64,000 nucleotides of DNA from contig OZ037766.1 of the NCBI GenBank assembly GCA_964035545.1, positions 31,300,773 to 31,364,772 on the forward strand, written 5' to 3'. The notes under the pieces were generated by a model. That model was not told the origin of the DNA and made no database searches. It saw only the letters and a list, made by a program, of their open reading frames with translations. A program made the position numbers and the translations under genes. Numbering within the stretch: the first letter of the stretch is position 1; each line of letters opens with the position of its first letter. The DNA comes from Bugula neritina (taxonomy: Eukaryota; Animalia; Bryozoa). This document shows positions 29,301 to 41,600 of the stretch, piece by piece.

Positions 29301-29814
29301 TCGGCAACTGTCTCCATTCAACACCAACAGTTGGCCTAATGTGGGACTGCTAAGTAATTTCCTTTATATATTTGCAAATTTTGTGTTCACTGTGCTTTTG
29401 CCTATACGTTATGTTCACTGCTTTTAGCCAATAAAACAACTGATGCATTTGATAACAACAAAAAGTGTTTTGCCAATTAGCAGCATTATTCACAAGCTCA
29501 CACAATAAGCATGAACTGTTCTATTACAAGAACGTAAAGTCTTTTGGTTTTCAACTGTTGCAAGCACTTGTACTTTTCAATTGTTTGCTCTCTTACCAGA
29601 AATTACACTATTGGGCAAAGTAAGAGAAGTTTTAAAAACTGTAGTAATTGAATTGATACTAGCTATAATATAACATTGCCCATTCTAACATAATATTTTT
29701 ATCAAACACACACATTGTACATATATCATGTACACAATATGTGTACACAATATATGTACACAATGTATGTATACAATATATGTGTGTATATATATATATA
29801 TATTATTAGATATT

Positions 29815-30080
29815 ACGCTCTCATTTAATGCTCAGCAATGACATTAAATGATTAAGCACTCTCACCATGGTCACAAACTCAAGCTGCTAGCATTTTGCAA
29901 TGCTCGTGACTCCTAGGTGACCCCTAGAGTCACTTGAGCACTCTGGCTTGAGTTTACACACCTTTTAAATATGCTTTAGTAAAACTATAAGTTTTACTAT
30001 TGCAAAGGTGTGGGCCATGGTACTCTGTTCTGTGCTGATGAGGGGACAAATCCCGAAACAGCTGCTGTCCACAGATTGAG

Positions 30081-30082
<2 letters not shown>
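29815..30082 (+). mobile_element. Retrozyme / Penelope-like pLTR-type monomer: structured ~270-nt element ending in a hammerhead, flanked by (TA)n
   Basis: Several nested long-range complementary pairs plus a hammerhead at the 3' end; (TA)n at ~29787-29802 and 30083-30136. Confidence 0.65.
30029..30075 (+). ncRNA. Type I hammerhead ribozyme
   Basis: TCTGTG-CTGATGA-GGGG acaaa TCCC-GAA-ACAG ctg CTGT-C-CACAGA: 6-bp stem I, CUGAUGA core, 4-bp stem II (3 G-C + 1 G-U), GAAA, 4-bp stem III, GUC cleavage triplet ending at C30069. Confidence 0.88.

Positions 30083-30136
<54 letters not shown>
30083..30136. repeat. (AT)n microsatellite
   Basis: Seen directly. Confidence 0.97.
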
Positions 30137-30139
<3 letters not shown>

Positions 30140-31701
30140 TCACTCATTTCATCTAGAATTATGAACATTAAAGAATAGACAACTGCTGTTAATCTAAAAA
30201 TAGCATATAATCACAAAAAAATTAGTAATATTCACTCTACAACTCACTTGTTGCTTTATGTCAGTATGTCAAATACAATATATCAGTATATGACTCTCAA
30301 ATTAAGTCCCATTTGCATATTAATATGTTGTTCATATGTGTAATGTAGCTGGTATTGAAAAAGTTGCAAGGGGTGTTACTTAGCAACTGTGGCTTCAGGC
30401 CCGCACACAATGCATCTAATCTAAAGCAATCATAACAATGCACTAGCATACGTTTAACTTAGTTTAACTGAAAAGTTGTCATCTCAGTAATAACCGTAAA
30501 GAAACTTCTAAAAATAGTACTTCTGTTGGAAAAAACCTTTTTGTATATAATATCTGTTCACATATAATTTATTTTTGTGAAGTAGTACTATTATTCCTTG
30601 ATGTCTATGATTGTGATGTGACAGAATGCTACTGTGTTATCAGGTGGTTATATAGTTTGACAGCAAACCAAGTCTGTAAAATAATTTTGCTCCGTCTGCA
30701 GGGATTCGAACTCAAAAGTTCAAAGTTTAAACTTTCAGGCTAGCTTAGTGATGTTCCAGCAGCTAACAATAGCATGCAATAAAAGTTAGCTATAATTTTA
30801 TTACGTGTTTTATATAGTAAAAGTAAAATAAGAAGTCATTTGCTTAAGCAATCAGAAACCCCAAATTCAGTGCAGATATACACGCAAGTTTCATTATAAA
30901 TCTAATTGTTTGACCATAAGACCCTAAGACAGCTTGTAGATGATTGTTAAAATGCATATAGATATTTTAATGCTGCATAAGCGAAATGCGTTTTATGGAT
31001 TCTTTAATATTATAAAGTTTAATGTGTTACTGGATAAAAGCAATGACAGCTCCAAAATTCATTTACGGTTACAGCAAGACAACTGTGTGCTTGAGCAAAA
31101 TTTACAATCTTCTTAGTTATTATAGAAAAAAATTATATACTTCAATTTTCATAATTATGTTTGTTTTGCCATAAAACTGTGTAATTTGAAAATTGAACAA
31201 ATATTTTTTCGCAATCTGCCTTTGCATTTATAAATTACTGGTTACACATATAAGACACTTGATAATTAAGTATAATTATTTAAGTTATAGAAACAGGTTC
31301 TTTGTTATTGTAATTTCAAGCAGTGATTATCATACATAGAAATTTTCCTCTTCTATTATTTTATCTAAATCTGGATAGGATAGCTAAGAGAAATCTATGT
31401 TTAGTGAGAATTTCACAACACATATAGATCAATGAAAAGATAAAACTGTAAGCCATAATTATATACAATAGATTTTATTTGATATTTTGCACTAGATCTC
31501 AAAACCATACAAAAACACATCTGAAGTATTTTCTGATTTTCAAGAAGTTTTTGAAAATAGATATTTTGATATTTTTATACTTTAATATATGCAGCTTAAA
31601 TGTAGATTAAACAAATTACACTCAATTCTACTTAACGCAACACTTCAAAATGCAAAATTGTTATAGTCATAGCACAAACACACTACATAATCACTACATA
31701 T

Positions 31702-32045
31702 TGTTGTGTTTTAGCACAATTATCAACCGTGGATTGTCTGCGTATTTAGTGTCAATTTAACCAATAATTACTAGAATGGCTGGCGTACAATAACCTTTAT
31801 TTAACTCTAAACATATCAGAACATCACATCAAAACACTAATAACATCAATCAATTACTAACACATGTTACTACTACAAGTCCCCGCTCACAACTACACAT
31901 GGTTTCTGCTGGCTAACCCGGGAACAGTCACTTGACAGGAAGCTCGCCTTCCGGTCTCTCTGATTGGATAGTAGAACATAGTTATAAGTATTCCCATACG
32001 AGAGAGGACGACCCCATTATTATACTACGTAATCCCATTACACCA
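31702..32045 (-). mobile_element. Candidate solo LTR inserted into a 38-bp tandem repeat
   Basis: TGTTGT...ACACCA termini; CCAAT and AATAAA on the minus strand; interrupts the ATAGCACAAACACACTACATAATCACTACATATACAGA array. No clean TSD resolved. Confidence 0.5.
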
Positions 32046-32175
32046 TACAGAATAGCCCAAACACACTACATAATCACTACATATACAGAATAGCACAAAC
32101 ACTTTACATAATCACTACATATACAGAATAGCACAAACACACTACATAATCACTACATATACAGAATAGCACAAA
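32046..32175. repeat. ~38-bp tandem repeat (one further copy at ~31668-31701)
   Basis: About 3.5 copies of TACAGAATAGCACAAACACACTACATAATCACTACATA. Confidence 0.9.
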
Positions 32176-33299
32176 TTTTAGTCTACATCAACATTTATTG
32201 CACTTTAAATTGCTTAAAAAAGCCTTTTTTATCAAAAAATATAAAATGGTAAATTTACAGCTAAGTTTAAGTTGAGTGAAGTTGTCATCTCTTTCCTTCT
32301 ACATAAATCAGCGTTTCCGCATATACTCGCTACTCAAATAGAAACTGCTTAATGGTGTCATGGTAGGTATTTGAGTTTTAAGTAACCTATAGTATATTGA
32401 CGCCGTATAGTTACTAGATCAATTTGATAAACATTGTAGTCTAAACTTCAATAATATTGATATATGAGAATGTAGGATCAGTATGTGATAGGTTAAATGT
32501 ATTTATCCAATTAACAAATCAAATGGTTGTCTTTTTGATAAGTTTTAGATGTAAAAGAAACTTTGGTTAACTGTAAGTAGTACTTAAAAACTTTTCAGCC
32601 ATCTGCGACACACCCTAATAAACTCACACAAGTTTATAATCATTATCCGTGCAAGAAACCCCTGGTGAAACGGTTTTTTTAAGTGGGCTGAGAGCTTATT
32701 TCTATGTGGCACAGGAACAATTATGACTGAATCATCTTCCTAACATCACCAATAGTTTTTACTATAGATCGAGCTTGCATGACATCAGGTTAACTGATCG
32801 CTAACACTCTAAACTTAGACTATTCACCTTAGACCATGGCTGCTCTCTCTACAGCACATCTAAATACTACCAAAAAGTATTGGTACTACAGTTAAACTGG
32901 TAAAGCTACACTTTTCTTTTTCTCAGAAACCTGCAGTAATAGGCTTTGGTATATATAATCAAACTAGCTTCATACTAAATATGCTTCAATTTTATAGCAA
33001 TAATGTAAAACACATATCAAATTAAACTGAAAAGTCTTTGGAACATTTTGCTAATGTTTGAATCTTTATTAATTCCAAAAAAATCTTAACTTCTAGCTTT
33101 AACTTTCCTTTCTAATACTTGAATCAACAAACATTCTTCTTAAAACAAAATCTTCCGTTATGCAAAATCTACCTAAACTTAAAATAATTTGGTTATAATT
33201 CTTATGTTCAATTCTTTGAGTGATCGCTGCCTGCTTACCAAATATATGTGCGTCATTTGTAAGAACCCGTGATAGAAGGACACTTTTTTGAAAAATAAT

Positions 33300-33630
33300 T
33301 GTTCCTACTAGGAATCGAACCCGAGACCTCTGGCTAGCAAGTAAGTATGCTAACCATTACACTACGGAGACACTGAGTAAACTCATCACTACATCTCACC
33401 CAGTTCTCTAAACTCCACTGGCCTATCTACTACTCTTTCAGTCTTCAGGTTTCCCTGGCCCTTCAACTCCCTTGGAGTACTATTACATTTCATTAAAGGC
33501 CAAAACAACTTGAATAATAATTACTCCCACTGGGAATCGAACCCGTGGCCTTTGGCTTGCAAGCAAGTGTGCTAACCATTACACCACGGGGACCACTGGC
33601 TAATCTCAACGCTACATTTCTTAAGTAAGC
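33300..33630 (-). mobile_element. Dimeric tRNA-related repeat/SINE (two tRNA-like heads, ~222-bp period)
   Basis: Minus strand: GTGGTGTAATGGTTAGC..CTTGCAAG..GGGTTCGATTCCC (33523-33594) and GTAGTGTAATGGTTAGC..CTTGCTAG..GGGTTCGATTCC (33301-33371); intact A/B boxes, imperfect cloverleaf. Confidence 0.75.
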
Positions 33631-36414
33631 TAAGGACTTGTTTTCCATCGTTGTAAAAGGGAATAATGACTGAAATCCTTCCTACCATCACTAATCCTTG
33701 GGTTTTCATTGCTTTGAATTGATTCGTCCGGACGCTCCTGCGAGTAGAACTGTGGTTTTAGTTTGCATTGACTTACGGGTATGGTTTCATTTGACGCAAC
33801 TGTTCCCAAACATAATTCGAAGCAATGGCTGCTTCCCATCTGCATTTCTGAACTAGTAAAAGATAAGCAGACAGTTTGATATTTCACTTGTGCACAGCCA
33901 TGTGACACAATCTAATGGCTGCCGGCAGCATTTACAAGTTTCACATTCATCAATCTCAGTTTGGCTCCAGTCAATTTCAGACGTGAAAACTAAAAATCAA
34001 ACTCAGCGAATCTGAGTCATTCTGTCAGCTCAAATAGAGTTAAATTTATTCAATTTATAAAAAAAACTGCTTGATAAATGAGGGTGAACAAGCTAGTACA
34101 CCCAATAAGTTGAGAAAGTAAGCTGCTATAACCAGAAACTTAAGTATTATCTAATTTGCAAAGAACTAAAAGAGCAACGTACTGCTATAGTGAGAAGTAA
34201 GCTTTAAGCTGTGTTATATAATCCAAATTATCAGTTTTAACCACCAATAGAGTAGTGAGATAACATATTCATGTTTTGCAAAATGTACTTTTATTATAAA
34301 AATGTAGTCGCAAAAACCAACAGTTTTGTGAGCTAAATGTTCAAATCAAATGTCCTATAATATTTTTGCACTTTATTAAGAGGATGCAAGATTGAAGCAG
34401 TAAAATAATAAAAAATACAGATGCGCAAATAGAAAATACTGATTTGAAGCAGTCCAACTTAGACTAGCACATGAGAAACTGTGTAACTTTAGGTATATAT
34501 ACATAGCATTTTAAAAATGGCACAAGTAATAATGACACTGGTAATAAGTGCACAAATAAAAAACTAAGAAAAAAAACGGCACACTGATGTACATTTTCCC
34601 CAACCCCAAACTCAAACTCAAACCCCTAATCCCAAACCCCTAATTCCAAACACCCAACTCCACCTCAAACCCTAATATTAAAAGTGTGTAATGAATGAGT
34701 GAATATACGTATATGTATGTATAAGGAGATGTAAAACAAGATTATGTCTGTATAGCAAATAATAGTGTGCTTGAAGCTTGTCTAACTCATTGAGATTTGT
34801 TATTAAATGTTTTATCAGGAAGTTTTAAAGTAATGAATCTTTAAAATTGCAGAGAAATTGAACTACTAGCTTAGCTAAATGATATAAACTCAGCAGTATA
34901 GGTTGCAGCAAGTATTGCACAATTATAGCATATGTCAGTTAGCATGCAGCAGTTGCTGTCATGGTTAGTAGAAGTATGTGTGGGTGCTTTATAAAATCTT
35001 GTTAAAATTTGGTGTTTAGATTTTAAGACATGCTAGTTTTTTCGTTATTCAAAAACAACTATAAGAAAAACAAATTGCCTCTGCCTCTTTAGGAGTATTT
35101 GTGACAGTTTAGTTTTGATTTTCAAACGCTGATCACAGAACTGGCTGTACGATTGAATTTCAAGCCAAGCATTGTTAGCATATCAATAGGAAAAAAATTC
35201 TGTACTAACAGCCTATAGCAGTAATACGAGATTTGATAAAATCTACTGCCCTTTCACAAAACCTTGATAACAAGCTATTGTGCACAATACAATTATTACA
35301 TAGCCTACAATACAGTTAAATGAAGCTTATCTATATAAACCTGTTTAGATAACTTTAAATTCATTACATTAGCATTACTTACAGCTGTAAGTTGGCATTG
35401 AATAAACCATAATTAAGTGCACACTATGTCACACCGCACACGTCACAGTGACTATATGACATTTCATATGTCACACAGTGAGTGCACACTATGTCACATG
35501 TCATACAGTGACTATAACAGATATGATATTTCACATATGTCACACAGTGTTAAATAACCATTATCCTCAAAACTGCGGCTAAAAGACTTACCTAAATTTC
35601 ATAGTAAATGCTTGTAATAATGTTTTGTGTCCTGCCAATGAAGATTGTTAGAATAAGGTTTTTGAAGTTTAGTTTTAGTTTGCTTTTACAGGAAGAATAT
35701 TTTTGTGGTGTCAAAAGTCAATTCAATATAATAAACTCATCAACCGATCAATCAATCATTCGCTTAGGTCTGTGATTATTTGTTGATATAGTCACATAAA
35801 TATCCAAAATATAGACCTTAACCCAAGTTAATTATTGTTGTATAATTGTAGCTAAAGATGTATTGCAATTTAATGTATAACTATAATGATGGCAAAACTG
35901 CATGCTTGTCAGCTAATATGTGCCATAAAGTAAAGTAACAGCTGCATGCTGTGTTTATCATTTCAAACTAAGCCACATGTTAATTTTTTTATGTACTAAT
36001 TCATTTTTGCATTAATGTTTATTGGCATGTTTTGTTTTGCAACCAAATTGAGCTTCAGTTCGATACAAAAGAGGTTGTCTGCACAGGAGTCCACTCTGCG
36101 CTCAACAATTTATAACTGGCTATGTGTTGCTCGAAGCATTGTCAGTATTGGAGTATGTTTACAGAACACAAATAAAAGCAGCATTAAAATCAATTGATGC
36201 ATAAAATTTTTAAATAACTGCTAACAGCATGCTAAACTAAGACACAATCCTAATATAGAAACATGCTGGCATGTTTCCAATTCAGATCAATTTATATGCC
36301 AATACATGTTGAAGAACACGAGAGCACAACTTTAACAAAAATGTGCAGACCTACCTACCACAGTATGTATACAGCTGATTAGGCTAGGGTTTCATGGAGT
36401 AGAATTTCAAAAAA

Positions 36415-36680
36415 CAGCTGTGGACTAGGGGTTAGAGTGCTGGCTTAGTAAACACAAAGTCATGGGTTCGAACCCCAGTAATCCCATTGGTGATGTTAGA
36501 GCATAGGAAAGGGGTTAGAGCGCTGGCTTGGTAAACACAAAGTCATAGTGATGTTAGGCTTTACTTATAGGAGAAGTATACAGTTATAATTACTCCATGT
36601 GCCACATCTAAAGAAGTTCTTAGCCTGCCTTAAAAAAAATTTCACCAGGGGCTCATACGGGAATGGCGAACACAAATTTG
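36415..36680 (+). mobile_element. tRNA-derived SINE with an internal partial head duplication
   Basis: GGGGTTAGAGTGCTGGCTTAGTAAACACAAAGTCATGGGTTCGAACCCC head, repeated in part at ~36511; body homologous to the 16525-16720 copy. Confidence 0.7.
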
Positions 36681-37332
36681 CATTAATTTTTTATAAAGCC
36701 GAAATCTGCGTGCAAAACTGTATGCGGTGAAAACTCGCTGCGGGAGTTGCCTGCCACACTCAATGTATTTCCAGCAAGAGGGCAACCTAATTAGCCAATT
36801 GTATTTAATATCTCACTCACTACTTTCAATATTGTGCAATCGATTGGAACAAAAACTGAAACAAGAAAAATGGGCTCACTAAATGGTGCTCAGCCAATCA
36901 GATTGCTGCTGCCAGACTTTTTCAGTTTTGCGTTAGCATTTTGACTGCATGGTGACTGCATGAACAGAGCAACCTATTTTGTAGCATGTGTAAAATTTTT
37001 ACTAGAGGTCAAGGCGGAAATCTGTTCCATGCATAAGGTTTTAGCTTGATATGTGTAATTATTTTTAAAGTTGATTCAACTTTAATTTATTACAGTTTTC
37101 ATTTTAGTAAACAAAGCACCAAAAATAAAAAAAGCATTTATTATTGAAAGTTAAATAAGAACATTCTCAATTCAATCATCTATAATATACCATCTCATTT
37201 CTCAATTTATCTTATTACAAAAATGCTATAATAAGCAAATGTATTTTATATTTTTGTAGTAAAAGCTAGTCTAGAAAGAAGCCTCCTTACTAACTTTATC
37301 AGCAGATTTTTATTACTTTCTGCATAGAGACG

Positions 37333-38545
37333 ATGATACCTCATTCGAAGGTATGTTTTTAACCTAACTTTATTAAAACTGCTAACTAATTATTACAATA
37401 TTTTTCTACTCAATGTACGTTTGAGTCGATTTTTTCTAATCCATCTCAATATATGTATAGTTGTTTTAAATCTCATGTTTGTATATATAACTATATTATA
37501 TAATGTATAGGTATATTCTGAACTTTTATAGATATATTTTGAAAACACAGGCCAAAGTGTATCCAGCAAGCTAGAAACATTCCAACTGGCTTGTTGGGAG
37601 GAAAAATCACTTTTTTGTTATTTCAATTTGCATATTTATGTATGTAAATGTAATACATTAAACGTGTGTGTATATAGTAATGTATCAATTATATAATACA
37701 GCAGCTGTTCTATTTCTATTCTTAGATTTCAACTGTTTACATTATTATATATGAAGCTAGAAATATGACTGATCTAACCTAGCTTAGGCTGACTATCAAC
37801 ATACATTTTACCCTGCATTACAATTTTTCTGTCTTAGAATACTATGGCTGGTGTGGTTAGTGTGGTGAATGAACTCCCATTCAGTCTGTCTGTTCACACC
37901 AATGACTCTCTCGAGTCCAACAACTTCACCAAGTTCTGTGGTGAAACTAAAGGACTTTTACCTACAGAGTATAGCGAGGTAAGTAAGTAACTATAGCTTA
38001 AGGTAGGTGAAGGGAATATGCAGTTGAATGTGGAATTTGAAATTCTGTCAATCTGTCTCTGGCCAGAGGCTGTAACAACATGCCTCAGGCTTAACTATGC
38101 TGTAGTTCACACTTTCTCTTCACTCAGAGTAACATTGGGTTTTGTCTCTTAATGTTTTCATGCATTCATTTAAATACAATTTGGTGAATTGAGCAGCGGA
38201 GAATACATAATAAATATACCGTATAATTTGAAGGATGTTTATAAATAAAGCATATGAACAAATGTTACAGATTTGGAACCAAAATAATTATTATGATGAA
38301 CACATTTGCTTTTGTATTTTTTTAGCCCGTCTATTATAACTTTTGTTACTTCAGCATCAATGTGATGCCTAGAAAGTGTGCGCAGGTAAAGCCATTGATG
38401 AAAGTTAAGCTTTTTATGGATCAAAGTACAGAGTGGTTTTACAATGACATCGATCAAGTTTTTCAGGTAGTCCAGGATATTAGATGTTATTACTATCTCA
38501 CCGTTAAGTTTATCAATCATTGTGTATAAATTTTCTAATGAAATA

Positions 38546-38621
<76 letters not shown>

Positions 38622-41600
38622 TATATAGCCAATAGAAGAAGCACAACTCAAAAAAGCACAAGAGTTGCCTACTATATAAATGTGGTAGAAGACCAGCAAG
38701 ACAGTGTGATAGAGGACCAGCAAGACAATGTGGTAGAGGACCAGCAAGGCAATGTGGTAGAGGACCAGCAAGGCAATGTGGTAGAGGACCCACAAGGGAA
38801 TGTGGTAGAGGACCAGCAAGGCAATGTGGTAGAGGACCAGCAAGGCAATGTGGTTGAGGACCAGCAAGACAATGTGGTAGAGGACCAGCAAGGCAATGTG
38901 GTTGAGGACCAGCAAGACAATGTGGTAGAGGACCAACAAGGCAATGTGGTAGAGGACCAGCAAGACAGTGTAGCAGAGAACCCACAAGACAATGCAGTAG
39001 AAGACTCAAAAGGTATTGTAGTAGAGGACCCACAAGACAATGCAGTAGAGGACCAGCAAGGCAATGTGGTAGAGGACCAGCAAGACAATGTGGTAGAGGA
39101 CCAGCAAGACAATGTGGTAGAGGACCAGCAAGACAATGTGGTAGAGGACCAACAAGGCAATGTGGTAGAGGACCAGCAAGACAGTGTAGCAGAGAACCCA
39201 CAAGACAATGCAGTAGAAGACTCAAAAGGTATTGTAATAGAGGACCCACAAGACAATGTGGTAGAGGACCAGCAAGACAATGTGGTAGAGGACCAGCAAG
39301 ACAATGTGGTAGAGGACCAGCAAGGCAATGTGGTAGAGGACCAGCAAGACAATGTGGTAGAGGACCAGCAAGGCAATGTGGTAGAGGACCAGCAAGGCAA
39401 TGTGGTAGAGGACCAGCAAGACAATGTGGTAGAGGACCAGCAAGGCAATGTGGTAGAGGACTTGAGAAAGTTTTAATAAACCTAATTTTTATACTGCCAC
39501 TGTTGTTGAACATGTTTTATTGCTCGCAATGCAACACAATTATAATTCAAACCTTGTGATTTATCAATTTATTCCTTTTTAGAAGACAGAATCGAAACCA
39601 ACAATAAAGCAACTCGCCTTACTGGGGGTCAAGAAATTTAGAAAAACTGCTGGTGAGTTGAATTTTAAAACTTAATGTTATTGGCAAGTTATCATGGGCC
39701 TCATTATTTTACCTCCATATTTGCATTCAGGAGCAGCAGTGAAAATATCGAGTTGGCCTAAGTTCTTTAAATATTTTTGGAAATCTTGGTTAGGAGAGCG
39801 AATTAAAATTCTTACAAGAACATATTATATTCTTTTGCTACCTTTCTAATCTAGAACATTTTCTCCATTACTGCACTTACCGATCCAACATTAGCCTAGG
39901 GCCACACGGTGCGTATTTTCGCATGCGAAAATTGAAATCACAAGTAGCAAAGGTGTCCACTGTGCGCGTTGAGAAAACCTTCGCACTTGTCGCTCTGCAT
40001 TTTCAACGCAAGTGCGAATCGTCTCTGTCGTCGTCACCTAATTGGCTGGTAGCTATTCAGCGAGCCCAATTTCTTTATTTAGTGCTATATTCCAGTAAAT
40101 TGCGTTTTATTGAAAGCGAGTGCGATTTAAAAATGAAAGCTTTATTTATCACGCATCGCTGACGCTACAGTGGACACCTTTGCTACTCGTGATTTTAATT
40201 TTCGCATGCGAAAATACGCACAGTGTGGCCCTAGGCTAACCTATTTTTGGATGACGCCCCATATTTTCTAGTTCCTCAATATACTCATTGATTGTATGAA
40301 AAATAAAACAGCAAAAACAATGCAATAATAACCCATATCTGTTTGTGGCACTTGAAACTGTGCAATGTTTAAATTTTGTATTTTATAATGTAGAAAGCTT
40401 ATTGATCTTATGTAAGAATGTTAAATAAGCAGTGATGTCAAACAGTCAAGTTTTGTCTTTTTTAGTAGGCCGTGCTATCTTGATTGGTTCTGCTGCTACC
40501 TTGATTTTCTTCTTGGCCAACATGGGTTCTGCTGGATCTAATGTAAGGACATCTTTGTTTATTTACGTCAGAACTAATGTTGTTTATGTCATTGATTAAT
40601 TATTAATAACTTAAATATTCTTTTATCAAGCAAATTTGTGCAATATTAGCAGTATAATATAATATAAAATAGTATATATAATATAATATAACATAATATG
40701 ATACAAAATAATATTTTAACAAAATTAATGCGTGTAATAAAGCTTCTTGTTGCATAGATGAGTAAGTTAAATTATCTCAAACGTTATAGGCTCTATAGGC
40801 CTATTATTATTATATATTAAATTGTTTAAAAAGTTTTATATGTCGAATACTATATAATATAATTTTTGATTTAAATAGAGCATTATATTCCTGTATTTGA
40901 ATACTTGTAGCCTGATCCCATGGACTTCACTAGTATTTCTCAAGGTCAGTGGACTACAGGATGTGACCAAGAGGTAGCCCAGGTTTTCTATAATGGCACT
41001 AAACCTGCATATACAAGGACCATGTTCAGAGGGCTGTGGTGTAACTGTACTCAGCTGACTGTAGGCTATACCAGCCTTGCTCTTTCAAACCAATACTTAA
41101 TCAATGATAGCTCTGAACTGATTGACGATTGTGTCAGCCTTTGTTTGTTTGACGAAACGATGATTCCTAGAAAATCCAGGAATATTTTACTAGCCTGTCA
41201 ATATACTGGCAGCCAGGTGACGTGGCTTGAAAGACCGGATATCATTACCAGATATCAACACCAGTATGATGGACAAAAGTGGAGAATAAAAGGTCCTTTC
41301 ATTCATGCTCTACATCATTACCGTAGTAATGATGTCGAGCATGCTGAGACACGCCCGCCTGATGATGTACTTTTATGCAACCTGGCATGCTGCAATTTCC
41401 AAGAGTATGGCGGTGAAAAGAGACAGCAGGAGACTTTTGACAACATCACAGTCACACTCCCATGCTTCATCAGCAAAGCTGCAGAATGGAAACAATGTAT
41501 CAAGCATGTTGGAAACTGGGCATGTCACATGACGTTGAAGAATGCAATATCAGACAAGCTGCTGCACCATATTACACGAGCAATAGTACTCTTTTTGCTA

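Noticed and set aside
33301-33594. Functional tRNA-Ala genes
   Set aside because: Acceptor and anticodon stems pair poorly, and the heads belong to a repeated unit; treated as SINE-like.
33630-33908. 92-aa minus ORF, possibly a decayed THAP/transposase fragment
   Set aside because: Motif resemblance too weak and split across frames.
34598-34675. Telomere-like CCCTAA/CCCAAA run
   Set aside because: Too short and degenerate to call an interstitial telomere.
38679-39461. CRISPR-like appearance of the 24-bp and 30-bp arrays
   Set aside because: No unique spacers, no cas genes, eukaryotic context.
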